The translations under genes and the position numbers were made by a program. A model generated the notes under the pieces. It was not told where the DNA came from and did no database searches. It saw only the letters and a list, made by a program, of their open reading frames with translations. Below, one piece after another: positions 18,817 through 28,614 of a stretch of 64,000 bases of DNA (within the stretch, counting starts at the first letter, position 1; each line of letters begins with the position of its first letter). The stretch is taken from the IMG/VR virus record IMGVR_UViG_3300045988_171725, positions 81,036 to 145,035 of that record. One strand, given 5' to 3'. The stretch comes from a virus.

Positions 18817-19785
18817 ATGGAGTATAGATGTAGGATATGTGGAAAGTTAGCGGAAGAAGATGCACATTTTTATAAAACAAAAATGTTATGTAATAGACAT
18901 TACATTCAAATGTATCGTTATGGGAAAATCATGGATACCATCCCGCGCGGCATTTTAAAACATGTTTGTGTGGTTTGTGGAGATACAAAATCTTGTCGAT
19001 ATCAAGTTTGGCATGGTGGCGGCGAATACGATGGGCAAGAAGTATGTTCAAAGCATTATACCCAATTAAGAAATAAGGGTAAAATTTTGGATTCAGCTCC
19101 TGCTCCACATATTAATGTAGAAGATAGAGTCTGTGATGTTTGTGGTTCAACACATCATGTGATTTATCATAACGGAAGATATTATTGTTTAAGGCACTAT
19201 TCGCAAATTAAAAACCTCGGTGGTTTACGCCCGATAACAGTTTTCGATAGAAATGAATATGATACAGACGGCGATATAACTTATATTTATATTAGAAACG
19301 GTAAGAATGAACGTATCGCTACTTGTAAAATAGATACGGAAGATCTTGATAGAATAATTAAGCATAAGTGGAGCTTAGGAACGTGGGGCTATGCTTCGGC
19401 CATGCTTGACGGCAACAGTATAATGATGCAGCGTTATATACTTAGTGTGTATGACAAAAAAGATATTGTAGATCATATAAATAGAGATCCACTTGATAAT
19501 AGAAAGAGTAATTTAAGGATAGTAAATAAATCTTTAAACTCAATAAATACAGGGCTACGAGCGAATAATGTAAGCGGTGTGACTGGTGTTAGTTGGAGTA
19601 ATTCATTATCTCATTGGCGTGCTTATATAAATTATGATGGAAAAAGAATAGAACTAGGATGCTTTGATTCATTCGAAGAAGCGGTTACCGCTCGTTTAAT
19701 GGCCGAAAATAAATATTATGCTGGGTTGCAACCCCAAATAGAATTATTTGAGAAATACGGAGTTAAAATAGAAAATGGGCAATAA
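18817..19785 (+). CDS. HNH + AP2-domain homing endonuclease
   Basis: VDHINRDPLDNRKSNLR (HNH), then SGVTGVSW...WRAYINYDGKRIELGCFDSFEEA (AP2). AT-rich. ATG at 18817 follows GTGGAGG. Confidence 0.75.
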   Translation: MEYRCRICGKLAEEDAHFYKTKMLCNRHYIQMYRYGKIMDTIPRGILKHVCVVCGDTKSCRYQVWHGGGEYDGQEVCSKHYTQLRNKGKILDSAPAPHINVEDRVCDVCGSTHHVIYHNGRYYCLRHYSQIKNLGGLRPITVFDRNEYDTDGDITYIYIRNGKNERIATCKIDTEDLDRIIKHKWSLGTWGYASAMLDGNSIMMQRYILSVYDKKDIVDHINRDPLDNRKSNLRIVNKSLNSINTGLRANNVSGVTGVSWSNSLSHWRAYINYDGKRIELGCFDSFEEAVTARLMAENKYYAGLQPQIELFEKYGVKIENGQ

Positions 19786-22700
19786 AAATTATGTTTGTTA
19801 TCACCTCCATACCGAAGATAGTCTTCTCGATAGTTGCACAAACCATCGACTTTATTCCGATAAAGCAAAAGAGTTAGGGCAAACCGCTATTGGTTTCTCA
19901 GAACATGGAAATTGCTATAACTGGATCGAAAAGAAAGAATATTGCGAAGCTCTCGGATTAAAATATATTCACGGTATAGAAATATATCTCACTGAGCACC
20001 TTGAACCAAAAGTACGTGATAACTATCACACTATACTTATTGCAAAAGATTATGAGGGGGTGAAAACAATTAACTCTCTCTTTAGTTTGTCAACCGATGA
20101 AGCGCATTTTTATTACAAACCCCGTTTATCGTTTGATGAATTTAAAAGTATATCATCAGAGCACGTGATTAGAATAAGTGCGTGTCTTGCATCACCGCTT
20201 AATAAATTGCGTGATGAAAGCCTTATTCGGTATTATGATTATTTAGAGATTCAACCCCATATAAACAGCGAAGCACAAAAAGAGTATAATTTGTGGCTGT
20301 ATGATATGGCGCAAAAATATCACAAACCGCTTATCGCTGGAACTGATACTCATAGTATCAATCAATATAAAGCCGAGTGCCGTTCGGTTTTGCAGACCGC
20401 TAAAAAAATCGAATTTACAAACGAAGACGAGTTTGATTTAACATATAAAAGTTATGAAGAGCTTTGCGATATGTTCAAAACGCAGGGTGTATTATCCGAA
20501 CAAACATATCTTGAAGCGATTGAAAACACCAACGTGATGGCGGCGTCTATAGAAGAATTTAAGCTCGATAAAACATTCAAATATGCAAAATGTTATGAAG
20601 ATGATGAACTCGAACTTAAACGTAGATGTAACGAAAGATATAAAGACAAAATTACTCGTGGAGTTATTAAGCCTAATAAACAATATATTGAAAATGTGAG
20701 AGAAGAATTTCGTGTTTTCAAAAAAATTGGTATGCTGGGGTTTATGTTGTTTATGTCCGACCTTGTAAGTTGGTGTTGGCAAAACGGCATCCCAATTGGC
20801 TTTTGTCGTGGGAGTTGTGGGGGATCCACAATTGCATATCTTATAGATATTATTGACGTAGATCCCGTAGTCTGGCATACGGTATTCTCACGTTTTGCCA
20901 ATGAAAACCGTACAGAATTGGGCGATATCGATATCGATATAAGCCCCACACAGCGAGAACTTGTTTATAAGCATATAATTGATACTTACGGCGTCGATTA
21001 TACTGGTTATATACTTGCCATCGGTACAATTTCCGATAAAGGGACCATCGACGAAATTGGCAGGGCGTTGCAAACTCGTTGGGAACGTTCTGATAAGGGA
21101 TATTTGAAACTTGTATCTTATTATGAAAATAAAGGACAAAAACCCGTAATTGATAACGAATTTATTCCTTATTACGATGAAAAAAGAAAGGCTGAACTAT
21201 TGCGTAAATATATCGACGACAAGTCGCCATTCTGCTTAAATCGTATTGCCCAAATTAAAGACGAATACGACCAAAATCCCGAGAACACAAAGAAAAAATA
21301 TCCCGATTTATTTTATTATTTTGACGGATTGTTAAATACGGCGATATCACAATCTATGCACCCCGCTGGAATTATTGTAAGCCCTATAACATTGCAAGAT
21401 AATTACGGGATGTTCTGGTCTGACGGTAAAAGAATTCTTCAAATTAATATGGAAGAATGTCATGAGGTATCACTTAATAAATACGATTTATTGGGTTTGA
21501 AGAACGTTGAAATTATTAAAGACACCTGTGTGTTTGCTGGTATACCATATCCAAAATCCTATCAAATCAACTGGGAAGACCAAGCGGTATGGAAAGACAT
21601 GCTTACTTCTCCCGCAGGAATATTTCAGTTTGAAGGAAAATACGCTTTCGATATGTTAAAACAGTTTGTGCCGTCTAAAATAAACCACTTAAGTTTGGTA
21701 AACGCCGCCCTTCGTCCGTCTGGCGCTTCGTACCGAGATCGTCTTATGGCACACGAAATCAATAAAAACCCATCGCCAATTATCGACGACTTACTTAAAG
21801 ATAACAATGGTTTTCTTGTTTTCCAAGAAGATACAATTGCTTTTCTTCAAAAGATTTGTGGATTAAGCGGTGGTGACGCAGACAACGTTCGTAGAGCGAT
21901 CGGTCGTAAGCAAAAAGATCGACTCGATGCGGCTCTTCCTCAAATACTCGAAGGCTATTGCTCGAAGTCTGATAAACCTCGCGCAGAAGCAGAAAAAGAG
22001 GCAAAAGCGTTTTTACAAATTATTGAGGACTCTGCGAATTATCAATTTGGATTTAATCATTCCACAGGTTACAGTATGATCGGTTATACTTGTGCGTTTT
22101 TGCGTTATTATTACCCAACCGAATTTATTGCGGCATACTTGAATAACGCGAACAATGATGACGATATTCAAATGGGGACACAGTTGGCAGAATTTAAACA
22201 TATCCCAATTTTGCCACCTAAGTTCAGACATTCAAAAGATGTTTATGTACCCGATGCAAAAGAGAAAAAGATATACAAAGGGTTGAGTTCGATTAAGTTT
22301 TTATCGTCGGATATTGCTTCTCAACTTTACGAAATGCGAGATATGAAATTCGATTCGTTTGTTGATTTTCTTAAGGTTAGCCCTTTGAATTCTAAACAGT
22401 TGTATATTCTTACAGTTTTAGATTTCTTTTCTGAATTTGGTGATGTTGGAAAACTCCTCATGATTACCGACATTTACAACACTTATTCAGGCAAAAAACT
22501 TCTCAAAAAAGAGACCTGCACTCTTCCTCGCGAGGCGGTTCTCCAATTCGCGACTGAGACCGAAAAGCAATATCGCATAACCGATTCCGCCGCGCTTGTT
22601 TCTTATCTCTGCGAGAACGCTAAACCAAAGGAATTCACGCTTTCCGAGCGGTTGGCTTCCGAATTGGAATATTTGGGATATATCAGTTTCAAAGATTCTT

Positions 22701-22978
22701 CGAAGCGTTTTTGGGGTTATGTTATTGATGTTCCGTCTACAAAATTTAGTCCTCGTGTAAGTGTTTATGATATATCGACTGGGCAACAAAAAATCATAAA
22801 GTGTTATAAAAACGCATTTGCAGAACAGCCATTGAGTAAAGGAATGGTTATAATATATGCAACTGAATCAAAACAAAAAAGTAGAATGAATCCAGAAACG
22901 AAGAAATTCGAAAAAATAAACGGAGAATATGAAGATTGGTTTCGTTTTTGGACTATAAAAGAGAATCCTTATGCCTAA
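19775..22978 (+). CDS. dnaE: DNA polymerase III alpha subunit (DnaE-type replicase)
   Basis: PHP motifs (YHLHTEDSLLDS, GFSEHGN), palm motifs (CRGSCGGSTIAYLIDI, LGDIDIDI). 1067 aa. Confidence 0.9.
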   Translation: MGNKNYVCYHLHTEDSLLDSCTNHRLYSDKAKELGQTAIGFSEHGNCYNWIEKKEYCEALGLKYIHGIEIYLTEHLEPKVRDNYHTILIAKDYEGVKTINSLFSLSTDEAHFYYKPRLSFDEFKSISSEHVIRISACLASPLNKLRDESLIRYYDYLEIQPHINSEAQKEYNLWLYDMAQKYHKPLIAGTDTHSINQYKAECRSVLQTAKKIEFTNEDEFDLTYKSYEELCDMFKTQGVLSEQTYLEAIENTNVMAASIEEFKLDKTFKYAKCYEDDELELKRRCNERYKDKITRGVIKPNKQYIENVREEFRVFKKIGMLGFMLFMSDLVSWCWQNGIPIGFCRGSCGGSTIAYLIDIIDVDPVVWHTVFSRFANENRTELGDIDIDISPTQRELVYKHIIDTYGVDYTGYILAIGTISDKGTIDEIGRALQTRWERSDKGYLKLVSYYENKGQKPVIDNEFIPYYDEKRKAELLRKYIDDKSPFCLNRIAQIKDEYDQNPENTKKKYPDLFYYFDGLLNTAISQSMHPAGIIVSPITLQDNYGMFWSDGKRILQINMEECHEVSLNKYDLLGLKNVEIIKDTCVFAGIPYPKSYQINWEDQAVWKDMLTSPAGIFQFEGKYAFDMLKQFVPSKINHLSLVNAALRPSGASYRDRLMAHEINKNPSPIIDDLLKDNNGFLVFQEDTIAFLQKICGLSGGDADNVRRAIGRKQKDRLDAALPQILEGYCSKSDKPRAEAEKEAKAFLQIIEDSANYQFGFNHSTGYSMIGYTCAFLRYYYPTEFIAAYLNNANNDDDIQMGTQLAEFKHIPILPPKFRHSKDVYVPDAKEKKIYKGLSSIKFLSSDIASQLYEMRDMKFDSFVDFLKVSPLNSKQLYILTVLDFFSEFGDVGKLLMITDIYNTYSGKKLLKKETCTLPREAVLQFATETEKQYRITDSAALVSYLCENAKPKEFTLSERLASELEYLGYISFKDSSKRFWGYVIDVPSTKFSPRVSVYDISTGQQKIIKCYKNAFAEQPLSKGMVIIYATESKQKSRMNPETKKFEKINGEYEDWFRFWTIKENPYA

Positions 22979-24560
22979 AGCAAAAACAGAACAAGAATAT
23001 AAAAATGAAATAGTGAAATTTAATGTAGAGCTTTTAGAGCCGTATAAAAATAACCATACGGCTCTAAGACATAGATGCTTGTCTTGTGGAAATGAATGGA
23101 TGATTACACCGCACAACATTTTAAGTGGGCACGGTTGCCCAAAATGTTCGCATAAAAAATCGAAAGAAGAAATGGAAATGCTCAAAAATAATTTCATAAA
23201 TTCTCTTTCTGAACAGAAGAGACAGACTATAGAATTAATGGAAGAATTTAAAGGCGTTGAACATCCAATTCTTTTTAGATGTAAAATATGTGGGAACACA
23301 TGGAAACGGCGCCCGCTTGAAATTAAAAGCAGAAAATATCCATGTATACATTGCGAATTAAATAGACGCAAACAATTAAGACAGAAAACAAAACAAGATA
23401 ACAAAAAGATAAATGAAAAAAGATTAGAGGAAAAATTAAAGGAAAGGACAATTGCTGCCGAACAAAAATTTATTAAAAGGATATCGACTTTAAATCCCAA
23501 TGTAGAGTACATAAGTGATTTTCAATTGGGAGCCAAGAAAGCTAAATTTAAATGTAAAACGTGCGGATATATTTGGTGTGCTTTGAAGGGCAATATTTTA
23601 AAAGGAAGCGGATGCCCAAAATGTAAGAAAAGATACAAATTGACTACTGAGGAATATGCCGAAAAAATTAAAAATTCGAACATAACACCCATAGAAGATT
23701 TTATTGGTCGTCATACGAAAATTAAACATCGTTGTGGTGTTTGTGGGTATGAATGGAGTGCTTATCCTGGTAATATTTTAAAAGGGAGTTGCTGTCCAGT
23801 GTGCAGGAAAGCTAATGCAAAGAACTCAAAACTAAAATCGCACGAAAAATATGTTCAAGATGCGAGTCAAAAAAATAGTACAGTCGATGTGATCGGAACG
23901 TATGTTAACACCAAAACAAAAATTTTACATCGATGCAAGATATGCGGTAAGGAATTTTATATAGCACCAAGCAGCGTTTTGCGTGGGTGTGGTTGTAAAG
24001 AGTGTGGGTATAAGCGGGTTATTCAGAAAAAAATAGATTTGAATTTACCTGGATGCCCGAAACCGAAAGAAAAGTATATTGAACAATTAGCGATTAAAAA
24101 CCCAAGCGTGAAGTTGGTTGGAGATTATACAAAACAAAGTGCCTATGCAACCTTTCGATGTATTAAATGTGGACATATATGGAGCGCGTTGGCAGGGAAT
24201 GTTTTAGGGGGTTGTGGATGCCCAAAATGCAATGTCTCTAAAGGAGAAGAAAAGATCAAGACATATTTATCTTTGAAAAATATTAGTTTTGAAGTACAAA
24301 AAACATTCGGCGGTTGTAAAAAGAAACGACTGATGAAGTTTGATTTTTATCTTCCCGATTATAATTTGTGCATAGAGTACGACGGGGAGCAACATTTTAA
24401 GCCATTAAAGCATTTTGGTGGTGAAAAAGACTTGACAGAAAGGCAAGAAAATGATAAAATAAAAACGAACTATTGTTTAGAAAATAGAATTTCATTATTG
24501 CGCATTCGATATGATGAAAACATCGAACAGGCTTTAGATTTGTTTTTTTCTAAATTTTAA
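22971..24560 (+). CDS. Six-fold zinc-ribbon repeat protein with C-terminal PD-(D/E)XK (Vsr/DUF559-like) nuclease domain; probable homing endonuclease
   Basis: Six repeats of the type [H/F][R/K]C-xx-CG-x-x[W/F]-x(9-12)-C-x-x-C. C-terminal FDFYLPDYNLCIEYDGEQHF...LLRIRY. Confidence 0.55.
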   Translation: MPKAKTEQEYKNEIVKFNVELLEPYKNNHTALRHRCLSCGNEWMITPHNILSGHGCPKCSHKKSKEEMEMLKNNFINSLSEQKRQTIELMEEFKGVEHPILFRCKICGNTWKRRPLEIKSRKYPCIHCELNRRKQLRQKTKQDNKKINEKRLEEKLKERTIAAEQKFIKRISTLNPNVEYISDFQLGAKKAKFKCKTCGYIWCALKGNILKGSGCPKCKKRYKLTTEEYAEKIKNSNITPIEDFIGRHTKIKHRCGVCGYEWSAYPGNILKGSCCPVCRKANAKNSKLKSHEKYVQDASQKNSTVDVIGTYVNTKTKILHRCKICGKEFYIAPSSVLRGCGCKECGYKRVIQKKIDLNLPGCPKPKEKYIEQLAIKNPSVKLVGDYTKQSAYATFRCIKCGHIWSALAGNVLGGCGCPKCNVSKGEEKIKTYLSLKNISFEVQKTFGGCKKKRLMKFDFYLPDYNLCIEYDGEQHFKPLKHFGGEKDLTERQENDKIKTNYCLENRISLLRIRYDENIEQALDLFFSKF

Positions 24561-24590
24561 TATTAAAGAATTCCCGCCAAAGGAGACAAA

Positions 24591-24782
24591 ATGAAAAAAC
24601 GCAAATCAAATGGCGAAAAAATATTTATTTCATCTTATGATGGAGCGACCGCCGAAGAAGTAGAACCTGGAAAATACAGGATAAAAATAGAGTTTTCTTT
24701 TCCGAAATTTGAATTGAGCGGAGAGATAGACATCAAAGATTTATTAGAAGATTCAGGACGGCTAAAAAAGGAGACAAAATAA
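24591..24782 (+). CDS. Hypothetical protein (63 aa)
   Basis: AAGGAG RBS, same-strand ORF. Confidence 0.5.
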   Translation: MKKRKSNGEKIFISSYDGATAEEVEPGKYRIKIEFSFPKFELSGEIDIKDLLEDSGRLKKETK

Positions 24783-25789
24783 TGGCAGTTAAAAAACCAA
24801 CAAGATTTTCATACAGTAGATTAAACCAAATGGAGAATTGTCCGTTTGCCTACTACTTAAAATACGAGCAAAAACACTTCCCCAAAGACAGTGCCTTAAC
24901 AATGGAGTACGGCAATTTGTGCCATTACATTCTCGAAACAATTGGTAATTGCATAAAAGACGGTAAAGAAATTCCATATGAAAAACTCACAGAGGATTTT
25001 TGGAACATCGAATTACACACCCAAGAAAACGGGAAGAAAAAAGAGGATATTCTCGGTGCTAATCTTCTCGCTAAGAAATATCCCGAAGCGTGGGTAAAAC
25101 CCAGCCGCGCAGGGAAAACTTACGCAGAAAAGGCAAAATACTTCGCGGCGATTGGAATGTATCGTTTGGAATGGTATATACAGGATCACCCCGAGCTTGA
25201 AATTGTTGGTTGCGAAGTTCCATTCGAGTTTAAATATAACGATAATTACACATTTTTCGGATATATTGACCGTTTGTTTAAAGTTAAAGGGCAAAATAAA
25301 TACGTAATTCACGATATAAAGACCAAGGACAAAGAGTTCAGAAAAGAGGATTTAGCGACGCCGTTACAGTTCGTGATTTACGTTTTATCACAGCAAAAGG
25401 TCTACGGTGAAGACGCAGAGTTTGAATGTTGTTACGATTTACCTTTCGCAGGTGAAGACGGCGTTTGGCAGTCGGCGTTGACAAAGGGTGGAATAAAGCG
25501 CGGGCTTGCAAAAATCGACAAGCTTTTTACAAAAATCGAAAACCAAGAGTGGAAGCCGTCGCCGAGCATTTTGTGCGCTTGGTGCCCGTTTAGCGCAAAT
25601 AACCCCGATCAACCCGAAGATTGTAAGAATTTGTGTTGTTATTATAATCTTTCCACGCAAGACGAGTTTGATACTTATCACGTTAAAATGGAATGGAAAG
25701 GAATGGATAAACACTTTATTCAGATGAAGAAATTCACAGCATTGCAAGCGATCGATGAAGCAATTGACGACGACGATTTCGAGATTTAA
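24782..25789 (+). CDS. PD-(D/E)XK exonuclease with Fe-S Cys cluster (Cas4/RecB-family)
   Basis: N-terminal Cys (ENCPFAYY), GYIDRLF...VIHDIKT nuclease core, C-terminal CAWCPF...C. Acidic tail DDDDFEI. Confidence 0.7.
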   Translation: MAVKKPTRFSYSRLNQMENCPFAYYLKYEQKHFPKDSALTMEYGNLCHYILETIGNCIKDGKEIPYEKLTEDFWNIELHTQENGKKKEDILGANLLAKKYPEAWVKPSRAGKTYAEKAKYFAAIGMYRLEWYIQDHPELEIVGCEVPFEFKYNDNYTFFGYIDRLFKVKGQNKYVIHDIKTKDKEFRKEDLATPLQFVIYVLSQQKVYGEDAEFECCYDLPFAGEDGVWQSALTKGGIKRGLAKIDKLFTKIENQEWKPSPSILCAWCPFSANNPDQPEDCKNLCCYYNLSTQDEFDTYHVKMEWKGMDKHFIQMKKFTALQAIDEAIDDDDFEI

Positions 25790-25797
25790 GGAGAATT

Positions 25798-25935
25798 ATG
25801 GAGGAGCAAAGGTTAATATCGTATGGTGACACGGTTAAATTCGAAATCGCTGAAGAGGAGACAAATGGCGGCGCAGTCGCGTTTGAAATCAACGCAGAAG
25901 AATTATTTACGATTAATGATTTAAAGGAGGAATAA
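25798..25935 (+). CDS. Small acidic hypothetical protein (45 aa)
   Basis: AAGGAG at 25788-25793, ATG at 25798. Below the cutoff of the ORF track. Confidence 0.4.
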   Translation: MEEQRLISYGDTVKFEIAEEETNGGAVAFEINAEELFTINDLKEE

Positions 25936-26083
25936 AATGGAAATATTGGCTTATCGAAGACGGCTCGCTTGACGTCGACGAATTACAACAGTTCATCGAC
26001 GAAAACAACTTAAAGATAAAGATAATTGTTTATCGGCAAGGTGCAACAAAACCTGAATTAAAGAATTTTTAAGAGGTATAAAA

Positions 26084-26389
26084 ATGATAATTGATTATAT
26101 CGGCCAAGAACTGATTTGGAATTTAACCGCGACACACCCATACAAACAAAATCGCGGCAATTATATCATAGGGATAAATTGCAAAACCCCGAAACAGAAC
26201 AAAGACGCCGTTCATTTTTTGAAGTCTCATCTCGGCAATAAACTCTTGACCGTAGAAACTCGAAAATACATCGATAAAAATACGGGGTTGGAATGCGTTC
26301 TTGTTAATACAATATCCGTTCCCGACGCGTTTGGCGGGTTTGGAGAAGTGATTCTTATGAATGAATTCGCAAGGGAGATCAAACAATGA
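26084..26389 (+). CDS. Hypothetical protein (101 aa)
   Basis: Same-strand ORF with GAGG upstream. Confidence 0.5.
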   Translation: MIIDYIGQELIWNLTATHPYKQNRGNYIIGINCKTPKQNKDAVHFLKSHLGNKLLTVETRKYIDKNTGLECVLVNTISVPDAFGGFGEVILMNEFAREIKQ

Positions 26390-26727
26390 ATAAGCAAAAA
26401 GTTATGGAAATAAACAAAGAATTCGTGAAATTAGTCGCAGAAAACCCTGAATTGCCGATTAAGGTTTTTATAGATGGTAATTGCGTAGAAGATGAGGAAT
26501 GGGTAGTAAGCGAAATTTACGATTGTAAAGTCACCGAAATAACGGAATACAGAGGCAAGTGTTACGAAAGGGATGATTCCGATTGGTTAAAAGAGATAAT
26601 CTCTAACAAGGTTTGCGACGAGCCTGAATACGTAAATCTCACTGACGAAGAGTTCGATAAAGCAATGGAAGAAAAAGTGGAATGGCTCGGCTGGGAAAGA
26701 GTAATTTTGTTAAAGGTGAGCGTATGA
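26386..26727 (+). CDS. Hypothetical acidic protein (113 aa)
   Basis: ATGA overlap with the previous ORF. Confidence 0.5.
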   Translation: MNKQKVMEINKEFVKLVAENPELPIKVFIDGNCVEDEEWVVSEIYDCKVTEITEYRGKCYERDDSDWLKEIISNKVCDEPEYVNLTDEEFDKAMEEKVEWLGWERVILLKVSV

Positions 26728-27014
26728 GTGAACACAAAGAATTAGTCACCCCCGATGAAATTGAAAAGCTTATTGCAGAATTTCCAATCAAAATCGGACA
26801 GCGCGTTTGGTTCGTAACCTATTACGACAGTAAATCTTTGAGAGATGCGTGGATTTGTTCTGGAGTAGTTTTAGCAGTCACAATTACAGCAAATGGGATT
26901 TATGTAAAATTTAAAGATTCTTATGAACATAATAAAACTTACAAACTTGGCAAATCGGTATTTTTAACAAAAGAAGAAGCTGAAGAAAGATTAAAAGATT
27001 TCTTGACACAATAA
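26724..27014 (+). CDS. Hypothetical protein (96 aa)
   Basis: ATG at 26724 forms an ATGA overlap with the upstream stop. Confidence 0.5.
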   Translation: MSEHKELVTPDEIEKLIAEFPIKIGQRVWFVTYYDSKSLRDAWICSGVVLAVTITANGIYVKFKDSYEHNKTYKLGKSVFLTKEEAEERLKDFLTQ

Positions 27015-27041
27015 AATTTATATTTCACCCCGTTAAAACAG

Positions 27042-27070
27042 TTGACAAATGAATTTTAATATGTTATAAT
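27042..27070 (+). promoter_or_regulatory. Sigma70-type promoter P4
   Basis: TTGACA at 27042-27047 and TATAAT at 27065-27070, 17-bp spacer, TG at 27062-27063. Almost identical to P1. Confidence 0.7.
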
Positions 27071-27115
27071 TTAATTACAAAAAATAAATAAGGCGAAAGC
27101 CAAAGGAGCAAATCT

Positions 27116-27718
27116 ATGATGGAAAATATGTTTAATGGCATGTTTGGCAAGGTCGCAAACGGTATGTGCCGTTTGTCTATGAACGGAGGGATCGCGGTTA
27201 AAACTTCAGGCGGGTACAAAACGTACAACGTTGAAAAGAAAAGATTAACTAATTGTGATAACTTCGTATTTAACATCGGAGAAGAATTCTTCTTCGTTAT
27301 TCCCACAAACAAAGTGGCAATCGGAGATATCATTCTTGTGGCGGGCAAACCGAAATGCGTTATCAAAGCTGATGGCGAAACTATTAAAGTTATCAATTAC
27401 GAAGATTCGACCGTGGAAGATATTTTGCCCGAAAGACACGTATTTATGGGAGAAACGTACTTCTATGGAAAAATTGTTTCGATGTTTGGGCAAAATTTCA
27501 TGAAAGGCAAGAAAGGAATGAACAAATTTATGTCCTATATGATGATGTCTGAAATGATGAAAGGAATGAATGGGAGTTCCTCTTCGATGAACAATATGCT
27601 TCCTTTTATGATGATGGGCGGCAATTTGGGTGATATGTTTGGCGATATGTTTGATGGCACGATGGATTTTGGAAGTCTAATTGGCGATAACGAAGAAAAC
27701 GAAGAAGAGGAGAAATAA
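27116..27718 (+). CDS. Hypothetical protein with Met/Gly-rich, acidic C-terminal tail (200 aa)
   Basis: AAGGAG RBS. C-terminus FMSYMMMSEMMKGMNG...MLPFMMMGGNLGDMFGDMF...EENEEEEK. Confidence 0.55.
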   Translation: MMENMFNGMFGKVANGMCRLSMNGGIAVKTSGGYKTYNVEKKRLTNCDNFVFNIGEEFFFVIPTNKVAIGDIILVAGKPKCVIKADGETIKVINYEDSTVEDILPERHVFMGETYFYGKIVSMFGQNFMKGKKGMNKFMSYMMMSEMMKGMNGSSSSMNNMLPFMMMGGNLGDMFGDMFDGTMDFGSLIGDNEENEEEEK

Positions 27719-27720
27719 TT

Positions 27721-28608
27721 ATGGGTGGTGGTAGCTGGACTACAAGTTCGTATACATCTTATACGAAAACAAAAGGGATTAAAACTTCATGTTTAGCCGA
27801 TGGGACCGTTACTCTCGATTCTTCTTACGATGTCCAAGATCTTTATAAGGCGAGAAAACTCGACGAAGCACTTGATCCAAAGGGCGTTGTTAGAGAATGC
27901 GTGGATAGCGATGAACATCCAAATACTATCCCTGTAATTCTTGCACTTGATGTTACGGGGAGTATGGGGAGTGCCCTTGAGGAAGTTTCAAAGAAACTCA
28001 ACGCCATTATGACTGAAACATATAAGAAAGTAAAAGATGTCGAGTTTCTTGTGATGGGAATCGGAGACCTTGCGTATGACGATGCACCTATTCAGGCTTC
28101 TCAATTCGAATCCGATATTAGAATAGTGGAGCAACTTGATAAAGTTTATTTTGAACGTGGTGGCGGTGGTAATCAATACGAATCCTATACGGCAGCTTGG
28201 TATTTTGCCATTAACCAAACGAAGTTGGATGCTTGGAAACGCGGCAAGAAAGGTATTTTAATTACTCTCGGAGACGAACCTCTTAATCCGTACTTACCAA
28301 AAGAAGCTCTCAAAAGGGTGACTGGCAACGAAACGCTGCAAGGGGACGTTGAAACAAAAGAACTATATAATGAAGTAATCAAAAAATACGATGTTTATCA
28401 TTTTGCGATTAACGATAACCATACTTGTTATAGATATTATAGAGACGGTATCAAAGAAACTTGGGGAAAGTATCTTGATAACAATCACCTCAAAGTCGTT
28501 ACTTTGAACGAGCTTGCGGCACAAATCGTAAGTGCTATTGTAGAATCTTCCGATTCGGTTATTAGCGAGACGGGAGCTTGTACTTCTACTGATGGGATTT
28601 CTTGGTAA
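27721..28608 (+). CDS. von Willebrand factor A (vWA) domain protein
   Basis: MIDAS-type motif in VILALDVTGSMGS. 295 aa. Confidence 0.65.
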   Translation: MGGGSWTTSSYTSYTKTKGIKTSCLADGTVTLDSSYDVQDLYKARKLDEALDPKGVVRECVDSDEHPNTIPVILALDVTGSMGSALEEVSKKLNAIMTETYKKVKDVEFLVMGIGDLAYDDAPIQASQFESDIRIVEQLDKVYFERGGGGNQYESYTAAWYFAINQTKLDAWKRGKKGILITLGDEPLNPYLPKEALKRVTGNETLQGDVETKELYNEVIKKYDVYHFAINDNHTCYRYYRDGIKETWGKYLDNNHLKVVTLNELAAQIVSAIVESSDSVISETGACTSTDGISW

Positions 28609-28614
28609 AATTTT

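Noticed and set aside
25937-26072. 45-codon open frame (WKYWLIEDGSLDVDELQQF...) with no ATG/GTG/TTG start. The nearby ATG at 25937 is in another frame and stops after 11 codons.
   Set aside because: I cannot support a start codon. It may be an indel-disrupted small gene or use a rare start, so it is not reported as a CDS.
27003-27008. Second TTGACA 39 nt upstream of P4
   Set aside because: No -10 element lies at a 16-18 bp spacing.
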